This document shows, piece after piece, positions 1-7,767 of a DNA stretch of 64,000 nt. This stretch comes from a virus. The notes below the pieces were generated by a model, which was not told where the DNA came from, ran no database searches, and saw only the letters and a program-made list of their open reading frames with translations. A program made the position numbers and the translations under genes. The stretch lies in the UHGV virus genome UHGV-1352914, one strand, 5' to 3'. The first letter of the stretch is position 1, and each line of letters begins with the position of its first letter.

Positions 1-442
1 CCGTCTAACTTATTAGTCTGGACTAACTTTTTAAGCCTAGCCTAACATTGTAAGTTTTAAGGGATTTTAGATACCTATACCCTATGGGTATATATTAGTT
101 AAAGAATCGAAACTATTAAGGATTCTTAACAATTTGAGGGCAAGACCCTCGCCCCTTTTCTGCCTTCTCCAACCCTTCAATATCCGTTCCCTATCGGAAT
201 AGTAGGATTACCAAGGCACGATTTTGCATTATATGTATTATGCAAAGTATGGAAGCGGATTGCTTAGAGTATCAATGAGTTACGCATATCAGGGTGCCAG
301 TAGGAAACAGGTATTGCACCCCCGGATTCCCCGGAGACCAAGGCATCCCATGTTCCTTATAATCAAAGGGTTGCAATAGATTCCGGGGGTTCAATGGGGT
401 TAGAGACTGTACCATTCCCGTGGGGGGCGGGGGTGTCATCAT

Positions 443-600
443 GCGGATTCCGGTGTGGGAGATATACCGTTTCCGTTGCGGGACGGGGGCATATTGTACT
501 GATTCCGTTGCTGGTGGAGGGGTCTGGCCGTCCGAAATATACCGATTCCGGTGCGGAAAGGGGTGAAAAGGTGTACATTGTGTACCGATTCCGTGAGGGG
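443..600 (+). repeat. Iteron-like direct repeats, 5 copies of ~16 nt 'ACCGATTCCGkTGCGG' spaced 25-45 bp apart
   Basis: Copies seen at ~443, 465, 497, 539, 583 (cggattccggtgtggg / taccgtttccgttgcgg / tactgattccgttgctgg / taccgattccggtgcgg / taccgattccgtgagggg). Confidence 0.55.
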
Positions 601-766
601 GTGGGAATCATGAATCCAAAGGAATCCAGATACCACCACGGTTTCCCAGGCTCCGGGGTTGCACGCGGCCCATAGTAAATAGTCGGGTCAAATTTTTTCC
701 GTGGGGTACGGGGGAGGGGAGGGGCTTCTGGGCATGTCGCTCCAACTGACGTGCGTCGTTGTCGGT

Positions 767-880
767 TGTCAAGCAAAATCGACACGGGGCCATTCCACGG
801 GTGGGATATACTTCTGGTCTGTTTTGGCCCTGTCTGGTCTACCTTCCATTTCTGCCAAGTCAAGCAAAATCGACACGGGG
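767..880 (+). repeat. 24-nt direct repeat 'GTCAAGCAAAATCGACACGGGGCC' x2 (767-790 and 856-880)
   Basis: Exact repeat seen in sequence. Confidence 0.6.
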
Positions 881-899
881 CCGTTTCGCGGGGGACGTA

Positions 900-1470
900 T
901 CGACCTAGAAGGCGGGGATAGGCTCTGGGTGGGTAGTTGTAGCGGAGGGAAGCTTGCGGCGCGTTCTAGGGCAGGACCCTCTATTAAATTTGGGCAAATT
1001 TACGAGAGTGTGACGGGGTATGTGTGGCGAGATGGTACATTGGTCATGAAACAGGAGATAGGGCACTACCCTCGACCAAATTTGCGCACGGCGGGCATAA
1101 TGCGATGGAGTATACTCCGCGCGGATTTGGTGGTAAAGAAAAAGCCCGCAGGTAGCTTGACGAGACTACCCACGGGCGTAACTATGGAAAATGCCTGTAG
1201 AAAAGAGAGTGTTTGCCCGCTCCTGTGGCATGCGGATTCCCCGCTTAGGATAGTCAGAAGCATTAGGCTTGGCTGGCTCGGTTGCCGTTCGGAGCGAACA
1301 GGTGTAACTTACCACATCAGACGAGAAAGTCAAGAGGAAATCGGCACGGACTGCGCTTTTACGAATTTAATCCAGTGTGGCGGGGTAGAAGGCGGGGATA
1401 GGCTCTGGGTGGGTAGTTGTAGCGGAGAGGGGATTGCGGCGCGTTCTAGGGCAGGACCCTCTACTAAATT
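900..1470 (+). repeat. Pair of ~90-nt GC-rich direct repeats (~900-990 and ~1383-1470: 'GAAGGCGGGGATAGGCTCTGGGTGGGTAGTTGTAGCGGAG...GCGGCGCGTTCTAGGGCAGGACCCTCTAyTAAATT')
   Basis: Near-identical segments with a few substitutions ~480 nt apart; spanned by a 280-aa ORF that is not protein-like (G/R/S-rich). Confidence 0.6.
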
Positions 1471-1622
1471 CATGGGATTTAGGATGGGTGCATACATCCG
1501 CGCGAGCACGTGCGGGAGAAGGCATAACAAAATAACACAATAACAGAGGATTGTCTTGACTTTTCGAGGGAGGCTGATAGTATACGGCCATCATCTCCTA
1601 GGTTGATGTTCCCAAGGCGTAG

Positions 1623-1666
1623 CCCTTCGGAGGTAGGCTTGTCCTGCTTCCGAAGGGTTTTTCTTT
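1623..1666 (+). terminator. Hairpin (9-bp stem cccttcgga/tccgaaggg, 17-nt loop GGTAGGCTTGTCCTGCT) followed by T-run
   Basis: Stem-loop plus tttttcttt seen in sequence; loop identical (1 nt difference) to loop of hairpin at 1756-1795. Confidence 0.55.
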
Positions 1667-1688
1667 GGCGAGGGGGTGTACAAAGTTC

Positions 1689-1716
1689 TTGACATTGGTA
1701 TAGGATTTGGTATAGT
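1689..1716 (+). promoter_or_regulatory. sigma70-like promoter TTGACA-N16-TATAGT
   Basis: Hexamers and spacing seen in sequence; drives short unit ending at terminator 1756-1795. Confidence 0.5.
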
Positions 1717-1722
1717 GGCTGT

Positions 1723-1795
1723 GGTTATTTGATAGGTGTGATGTATTCGTCATCGCCCCGGAGGTAGGCTCGTCCTGCTTCCGGGGTTTTCTTTT
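1723..1795 (+). ncRNA. Candidate small RNA (~70 nt) between promoter at 1689 and intrinsic terminator at 1756-1795
   Basis: Promoter, short non-coding transcript, terminator hairpin (ccccgga/tccgggg stem, loop GGTAGGCTCGTCCTGCT) + TTTTCTTTT; no ORF. Confidence 0.4.
1756..1795 (+). terminator. Intrinsic terminator hairpin + U-tract (3' end of candidate sRNA)
   Basis: 7-bp GC stem, 17-nt conserved loop, T-run. Confidence 0.55.
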
Positions 1796-1879
1796 ACCCA
1801 ATAGTCTCAAAATCGAAGTAAGAGATTGAGTGTTAAAACATAGGTAGGAAGGCTTTGAGGCTGTGGTGATTGCTCTCAA

Positions 1880-2450
1880 ATAATTAAGCCTAATGGTTTT
1901 ACCAATTTTAACACAGGTTCAGTTCTTCATAAGTCATTGAGAATCAGTAAAACTGTTTTCGCTAACACAGTTTAACAGAGGCTTAACAAGGGCAAAGTTA
2001 GGGTTAAGTGATTTAGACTAAACCGATTCTGAAATCCTAACGTTTAACAGCGATAACGTCCAAATATATATACGTATAGGGAGAACCCCTAAGCCCTTTT
2101 CTATAGAAAAAATGATTATAATATATATATATTATGTTATGTTATTTTAGAAAAAAGGAAGCTACTACCGTTTCACTATCAATCACTTATGACCTAACAA
2201 TAACTTTTTGACACCTCTGTTAGGCCGAACCCCCCGGAACCCCCGGATTCCACGGATTAACAGAAGCAAGTTCCTCATAATCAACGGACTTCTCCAATCC
2301 TAACATCCCTGTCAAAAACTTATCGACCGAGCAAAAACTCTGTTAGGGACTGTGTTAAAATGAGCAACCCCAATGGGTTACGACTACCACCAAATCGCGC
2401 CCAAACCATCCATTCTGCCAATCCTAACACAATAACAGACCACTATGACA
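1880..2450. repeat. Cluster of ~14 short 'yTAACAsAG' / 'CTGTTAG' repeats in both orientations, flanking an AT-rich tract
   Basis: taacacagg, taacacagt, ttaacagagg, ttaacaaggg, ctaacgtttaacagcgataacg, cctaacaataac, ctgttaggcc, ggattaacagaag, ctaacatccctgtc, ctctgttagggactgtgttaaaatg, cctaacacaataacagacc. Confidence 0.5.
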
Positions 2451-3311
2451 CAGTTTTTCGATTTTCACTTGACAACCGCGATTCGTGGTGCTATCGTGAC
2501 GGCGATGACAACCTCAAATATAAACCAGACCGTCGAAGACCATGTGAACCAGTTTGTGCTGGAGTACATGCTCTATCTCCATAGCTTCGAAGACGAGTAC
2601 CCTGTCGTAGGAGTATCCTCCCAGAACAGCCATTGTTGCGACACCCTCTACCTCGAAAACGATTCCCTCCCATTATATATACAGGGACCGGATAGTCGCC
2701 AGCTATCATCTACGCCATTGGTGGCTTTGCTTCAATATTTGGCAGAGCGGCCCTTCATCAGATTTACGCTTCCGACATTCTATCAACTCCTGACTACCGT
2801 ATATGGTTCCCCGGTAACCGAGACGCCGTTCAACCGATTGCTCCACGCAAGCGCGGTAGCCCTTGACATCGCGGATTCCGTGGATTCCGCGGGAGCCGTA
2901 TTCACCCTCGCACCCCGTGTCATGGACTTTGTACGGAACCTTCCCAAGAGCAAGGATATGGAGACCCTTAATCTGCTGGAGGAAAACTTCTCCATTCCCT
3001 CCCCCGTACCTCAAGGTCCTGCTTCCAACTCCTACTTCATCTATTGGGAACTCGTGCGGCAACTGACCACCGACACCGCGAGGCGGTTCCTGAAGGTGCT
3101 CCACTTCTCACAGGAAGGGAGACGTAGTCCCATAGGTATTCTCGCCCTCCATCGCCATGAGTTCAATTCTCACGAGGACCTCCTGTCCACCTTGCGCGAG
3201 ATGAACGAGAGGACACTTATTCAGTGGCCTAAAGAGGGCGAGAAGGAGAGCATGGAAGCCCGTATTGAAGAATTTGAACCCGTCTTCGCAACTATCGAAC
3301 CCAAGAAGTAA
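2445..3311 (+). CDS. Hypothetical protein (first gene after control region)
   Basis: 288-aa ORF, coding-like composition; no recognisable motif. Confidence 0.5.
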   Translation: MTQFFDFHLTTAIRGAIVTAMTTSNINQTVEDHVNQFVLEYMLYLHSFEDEYPVVGVSSQNSHCCDTLYLENDSLPLYIQGPDSRQLSSTPLVALLQYLAERPFIRFTLPTFYQLLTTVYGSPVTETPFNRLLHASAVALDIADSVDSAGAVFTLAPRVMDFVRNLPKSKDMETLNLLEENFSIPSPVPQGPASNSYFIYWELVRQLTTDTARRFLKVLHFSQEGRRSPIGILALHRHEFNSHEDLLSTLREMNERTLIQWPKEGEKESMEARIEEFEPVFATIEPKK

Positions 3312-3316
3312 ACCCT

Positions 3317-6208
3317 GTGTCAATACCAGAAACCAAACTAACCGTCGTCGGATTAACTAACGGACAGCTCACCTATGATAAGGATAAATTCCCCAATGCA
3401 GGGGGATGCAACCATCCGAATCAGGTGAACCTCGCGGACGTGGAGAGCTTTTTCTCCGCGCCCGCGAGGGCTAAAATTCAGCCCCAACTACGGCGTTGGA
3501 GGTTCTTTTCCACCATGTACGACATGAAGGAAGGCAGGGAGCCGCGGGTTTCTCTCCCCTCTCTCTTCACCCGTACCTATGAGAAGTGGGAAGGCCGGGG
3601 GTGGCTACCTTTGGTGAAGCGTGCCCTCCCTGCCTTCGTCCCCTCCGTCAAGTTCTTTGGTGCGCCCAAAGAGTTGGACGGCATGTACTTCTCCAATAAG
3701 AAGCAAGTCATGACCGATTTCTATTCATGGGAACATACTGGAATATTCGGGATAGATATTGACCGAGGCCATGACGGGAATACGGAGGATGCGGATGTCC
3801 TTCTCTCCACTGCCCAGTCCATTCTTCCCACTATTCCCGGATTCCTCTTCGCATATACCAGCCCCAGCGGCGGGATTAAGGCGTTGTTCCGTATTTCTGC
3901 TTCCTATACTCAAAGGCTCAACAACCCCAGTGCATCCACGGATTCCACGGATTCCGGGGATAAAACGGCGGCCGAGGTTGCCGAGGAACTGCTGGACAAG
4001 CGTATCCTTCTCCATAGTGCCATCTACCATTATATCGCGGAGACCGTGGAATCCCGCACGGGCCTTTTTACGGACCCTCGATGCGATGACCCCGCCCGTC
4101 TCCAATACATCTACTGGGGACAGTACATTGCGCCGCTGGGGGATGAATCTCCGTACTTTACTCTGCCTTCGGACACGGAGGAACTGATTGCCAAGTATGG
4201 TAAGAAGAAAGCCCCGCGAACTCGCTCCTGCAACCGTGAACTGCGCGAAGGCGAAGCGTTGCCGCAAATATTCCGTGACTTCGCTAACTGGCTGGAGAAT
4301 AAGGGGCATGAGCAGGAGGCCACCACAGTGCGCGAGATGATTAAGACCAGACCCGACAGGAATAACCGTCTCTACAACTACTGCCCGTGTTGCAAGGACG
4401 TGTGCTCCAATGGCCGTCAGAATACGGACCTCATGTTGGAAATCAACTTGGACTTCCCTCTTCAATCTTTCTTCTTCTGCCTCCACGGCTCTTGTCAGGA
4501 CCGAAAGAAAGTGAAGCTCCCCATGCAGAAGTTGTGGAAGATATATACCACGGACCTCGAAGCCACGGAGAACTACGAAAGCGAATGCGATGATAAGAAC
4601 AGGTTGGTAGAGTATCCGTGGGCCAATTCCCTCCCGTTAATGGAGTGTGCCCAGCGAGGTCTTGACGTTAATAACCGAGGGACCGAGGGACTGCCCGAAC
4701 GTAGTGAAATTGACTACAATGGGTTGGCCTATCTCCAAGTGAAGAAGGACGGAACTCCTCGTGTTACGATTGATAACCTCCGCACCATGTTGCAGGGCCT
4801 CGGCTACCTCCCGGTGCGCAACTTGTTGCGTGATTCCAATGAGTTGCTCGACCTCAATACGGGCAAGTTCTATAACACGGACAAGGACACACTATCCACT
4901 CTCGCCACATGGTGGGAGAGACTTACAGATGGTACGCACACTCCGCTCAAGTATTTCTCCGACGCGTTCTACTCTCTATGCCCTCGTGCCTCCTATCACC
5001 CGCTGGCTACTCTCGTTTGTTGTAACGAATGGGATGGACAGGACAGGTTGTCCGAGTACTTGAGCCTTCTCCCCATGAATCAGGAGCACCCGGTTCCTCA
5101 AGCCCCGGAAGGCATGGAGCCGTTTACTCCCGACACATGGAGGAATGCAGTTCTTACTACGTGGCTCGTTACCGTATGGCGACGTCTTATCCTTCACATC
5201 ACGGGACGCGATTCCGAGATTCCGCAGAACTACATGCCCATCTTTGTTGGCCCTCCCGCTACGGGTAAGGACCAGTGGGTAGATAACCTCTTCGGGAATA
5301 TCAAGGGACTGATGACAGATATACAGGGCATGTCCTCCCAAGGCGTTGACCTCTCCATGCTTCTCTCCCAGTTGGTGGTGCTCAAGTGGTCCGAAGTGGA
5401 CCACATCCTCCAAGACCGCAAAATGAGTTCCCGTATTAAAAGGCTCATTACTTCCCATGCTTCTACGGACCGCAGGAAGTATGCGGAGAACTTGTCGGAC
5501 TTCCAACACATCGCCAGCTTCATTGGTTCCACTAACGATGACCAGCCGCTCATTGACCCCACAGGTAATCGTCGATTCATCCTCCTATACACGGGCTACC
5601 CTGAAACGCCGGAACGGGCTTTCGACGCTACGTGGGAACGAGTAGACCGTATGATGGCTATTGACAAGGTACAGCTTTGGGCACAGATTAAATACATCTC
5701 GGACCATGCCGGTCCCGGTGAATTTACGTGGAGGAAGCTTACCGACGTGTCGGAAGACTTCAACAAGGAGTATGGCGTTGACCTCGGTAGTGAAGAATAC
5801 CTCGCCAGCATGGTTCGTCCAGTCGATTACAAGGTGGATAAGACGAAAGATGGCTCGGACATTGTGAGGGCCTTCTATGAGCAGGTATCTACGCCCAAGG
5901 CTCTTCTCCGGTATATTAAGGCACAGCAACAGGACAAGGCCTTCCTCGACATCAAGGAACCCACGACATCCGAGACTAAATCGTTTACGAATGCTCTTGG
6001 AAGCGTTTACGCTAACTGCAATGTGAAAGTCAAGTTCACGGATTCGACGCAGATTGTGCGTAAGAACACCTCCTTCCGGCGCATGACCTACTTAATGGTA
6101 GATGACTGGTTGAGGGTTTTGGATGCGGAATCTAAGGAACGATGGTATGCAAGATTCCCTGACTGGGAAGAACAGGACAAACAACGCCGAGAAGTAATGG
6201 TAGGATAG
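3317..6208 (+). CDS. Primase-helicase: AEP-family PrimPol N-terminal domain fused to SF3/D5-like helicase
   Basis: AEP motifs 'IFGIDIDRGHD' and 'SPSGGIKALF'; Cys cluster CPCCKDVCSNG...CLHGSC; Walker A 'VGPPATGKDQW'; apparent GTG start. Confidence 0.75.
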   Translation: MSIPETKLTVVGLTNGQLTYDKDKFPNAGGCNHPNQVNLADVESFFSAPARAKIQPQLRRWRFFSTMYDMKEGREPRVSLPSLFTRTYEKWEGRGWLPLVKRALPAFVPSVKFFGAPKELDGMYFSNKKQVMTDFYSWEHTGIFGIDIDRGHDGNTEDADVLLSTAQSILPTIPGFLFAYTSPSGGIKALFRISASYTQRLNNPSASTDSTDSGDKTAAEVAEELLDKRILLHSAIYHYIAETVESRTGLFTDPRCDDPARLQYIYWGQYIAPLGDESPYFTLPSDTEELIAKYGKKKAPRTRSCNRELREGEALPQIFRDFANWLENKGHEQEATTVREMIKTRPDRNNRLYNYCPCCKDVCSNGRQNTDLMLEINLDFPLQSFFFCLHGSCQDRKKVKLPMQKLWKIYTTDLEATENYESECDDKNRLVEYPWANSLPLMECAQRGLDVNNRGTEGLPERSEIDYNGLAYLQVKKDGTPRVTIDNLRTMLQGLGYLPVRNLLRDSNELLDLNTGKFYNTDKDTLSTLATWWERLTDGTHTPLKYFSDAFYSLCPRASYHPLATLVCCNEWDGQDRLSEYLSLLPMNQEHPVPQAPEGMEPFTPDTWRNAVLTTWLVTVWRRLILHITGRDSEIPQNYMPIFVGPPATGKDQWVDNLFGNIKGLMTDIQGMSSQGVDLSMLLSQLVVLKWSEVDHILQDRKMSSRIKRLITSHASTDRRKYAENLSDFQHIASFIGSTNDDQPLIDPTGNRRFILLYTGYPETPERAFDATWERVDRMMAIDKVQLWAQIKYISDHAGPGEFTWRKLTDVSEDFNKEYGVDLGSEEYLASMVRPVDYKVDKTKDGSDIVRAFYEQVSTPKALLRYIKAQQQDKAFLDIKEPTTSETKSFTNALGSVYANCNVKVKFTDSTQIVRKNTSFRRMTYLMVDDWLRVLDAESKERWYARFPDWEEQDKQRREVMVG

Positions 6209-6251
6209 TAAGCGAGTTACAACTTCCTCAAAAATTTCTTCCAAAAACTTC

Positions 6252-6279
6252 TTGACAAAAATCTAATGCCTGCTATATT
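6252..6279 (+). promoter_or_regulatory. sigma70-like promoter TTGACA-N16-TATATT
   Basis: Seen in sequence (aacttcTTGACAaaaatctaatgcctgcTATATT). Confidence 0.5.
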
Positions 6280-6364
6280 GGCCCTGTCACCGGGATTCCG
6301 GGGCAGGGCCAATTCCCTTCCCGCCAATCCCTCCAGAATACAAACAAGCAAACCCGCAACAAAC

Positions 6365-6676
6365 ATGACAGCAAAAGAAGAATGGAAATCGTGGTTCACC
6401 GGCTTGGTGAAGGATGGGAAGGACAAACTAGCACTTATCACTTTGGCGACATTGCAATCTGGATTGTTTCTATATGTCCAGTACCGTGCCCTCATCTTCC
6501 TGAAAGATAATTCTCTTTTGGACAAGTTCTACGCTATGGTCATATTTATACCTGCGGTGCTCGTCCCATTCATGCTACACAAAGGCTCTTTGTTTCTCTT
6601 GCACTATATTCAACAACTTTTCCACATGGTAATCGTGCGTCCTGTGGTATGGGTAATCTATAAACTTGTTCGTTAA
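6365..6676 (+). CDS. Small membrane protein
   Basis: ORF-track start 6266 lies inside promoter 6252-6279; first ATG downstream of predicted TSS is 6365; two hydrophobic segments. Confidence 0.4.
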   Translation: MTAKEEWKSWFTGLVKDGKDKLALITLATLQSGLFLYVQYRALIFLKDNSLLDKFYAMVIFIPAVLVPFMLHKGSLFLLHYIQQLFHMVIVRPVVWVIYKLVR

Positions 6677-6677
6677 T

Positions 6678-6827
6678 ATGTTTGAAGATATTTTAGTTTT
6701 ATCTACAGTATCTGCTATAATAGGGCTTCTGCTCATCCCGATTTGCGACGGGGCTTCCATATACGCAAAAGACCTGTGGAGCTATTACAAAGAAACGGAC
6801 AATAAATCTAAACACATTGACAAGTAA
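6678..6827 (+). CDS. Small hydrophobic peptide (49 aa, below ORF-track cutoff)
   Basis: ATG 6678, in-frame stop 6825-6827, one TM-like segment; fills gap between flanking genes, next ATG at 6830. Confidence 0.25.
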   Translation: MFEDILVLSTVSAIIGLLLIPICDGASIYAKDLWSYYKETDNKSKHIDK

Positions 6828-6829
6828 CC

Positions 6830-7117
6830 ATGACCTATTCTCAAAGATTTAGGGACTACCTTGATACCACGCTGGATGCTCTTCCATCTCTCTCAATCTT
6901 CCCCATTGCCTTTACTTTCGTGTTTAAGGTGCATCTCCCTGAATATCCGATGATGGCGTGCTTCTTAGCAGTTCTCGGCATGCACGTGCTTCAGATTCTC
7001 TTTAGTGTAGCGGTGGTATCCATTCCGAAGAAGGATTCTTTATTCTTTGCGATGGTCACCTACGTAAGTTCCGTATTCGTAATCCCCGCACTTTGCTTCC
7101 ACTGGATGAAGAATTAA
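6830..7117 (+). CDS. Small membrane protein
   Basis: 95 aa, 2-3 hydrophobic helices. Confidence 0.45.
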   Translation: MTYSQRFRDYLDTTLDALPSLSIFPIAFTFVFKVHLPEYPMMACFLAVLGMHVLQILFSVAVVSIPKKDSLFFAMVTYVSSVFVIPALCFHWMKN

Positions 7118-7119
7118 GT

Positions 7120-7380
7120 ATGAAAGACCTAGCAGAGTTATCCCCTTACATGGGCGTCTATTACCTCGCCATATTCGTGGGCTTTCTGGGCATTGGCATG
7201 CCCCTGCTGAACTCCCTCATCTTCTCGCTCATTCTCGTCCTCATCGTTCTGGGGATGTGGTCCTTCCTCTACATCACCATCACACATCTATTGAAACGGA
7301 GTAGCCGAGACATGAACGTCAATATATTTGGCCTCTCCGCAACCTTGGTCACTCTCTTCTTCATAATTATATCGCACTAA
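7120..7380 (+). CDS. Small membrane protein
   Basis: Internal Met (MKDLAEL) taken as start to avoid overlap; strongly hydrophobic. Confidence 0.4.
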   Translation: MKDLAELSPYMGVYYLAIFVGFLGIGMPLLNSLIFSLILVLIVLGMWSFLYITITHLLKRSSRDMNVNIFGLSATLVTLFFIIISH

Positions 7381-7383
7381 ACC

Positions 7384-7767
7384 ATGTACACCGAAATTGC
7401 CATTGCCGCCCAAACAGTAGATTCCTACTTCTCCTATATGGGATTGGAGGAATCAGCCTCTGACCTCCAGTCCCATCTTCTGTGGGAGATTAAAGAATAT
7501 CAGGAAGCCGACGCGGAGGACCGCGTCAAGGAAGCCTTCGACATTGCCCTTCTCGCCCTGCGGCTGGTAGAGGCGACGGGACGAGACGAGGGCTTCTCCT
7601 TCGAGGACAGGGTTCACCTCGTAACCGAAAAATATCGGGAAGTCGCGGCCCGTATGAACCTCGCCGTTAAACTGTACAAGAAGGACAGAAACGCGGGAAC
7701 TTCTATGAGTACTCCCCAAGAATATTATGCGCAAGCCAAGGAACAGTTAAATACTCCCAAACACTAA
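7384..7767 (+). CDS. MazG/HisE-like nucleoside-triphosphate pyrophosphohydrolase-like protein
   Basis: Helical 127-aa protein with E-rich motif 'WEIKEYQEADAEDRVKEAFDIALLALRLVEATG' resembling MazG EExxE...D signature. Confidence 0.4.
   Translation: MYTEIAIAAQTVDSYFSYMGLEESASDLQSHLLWEIKEYQEADAEDRVKEAFDIALLALRLVEATGRDEGFSFEDRVHLVTEKYREVAARMNLAVKLYKKDRNAGTSMSTPQEYYAQAKEQLNTPKH

Larger units (their letters stand above)
1..2440. repeat. Non-coding, repeat-dense control region (candidate replication origin / regulatory hub) upstream of the replication module
   Basis: No convincing protein-like ORF; several classes of direct/inverted repeats, AT-rich tract 2075-2165, embedded promoter/terminator pair; lies immediately 5' of the first gene and the primase/polymerase module. 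Confidence 0.5.

Noticed and set aside
363-863. 166-aa minus-strand ORF in the iteron region
   Set aside because: Proline-rich, low-complexity translation overlapping the iteron repeats; no start context.
701-1543. 280-aa plus-strand ORF spanning the GC-rich duplicated segments
   Set aside because: The translation is G/R/S-rich and not protein-like. The ORF exists because the ~90-nt DNA repeat is stop-free. The region is better explained as non-coding repeats or structured RNA.
3725-4486. 253-aa antisense ORF inside the primase gene
   Set aside because: The opposite strand carries clear AEP primase motifs; this is an antisense shadow ORF.
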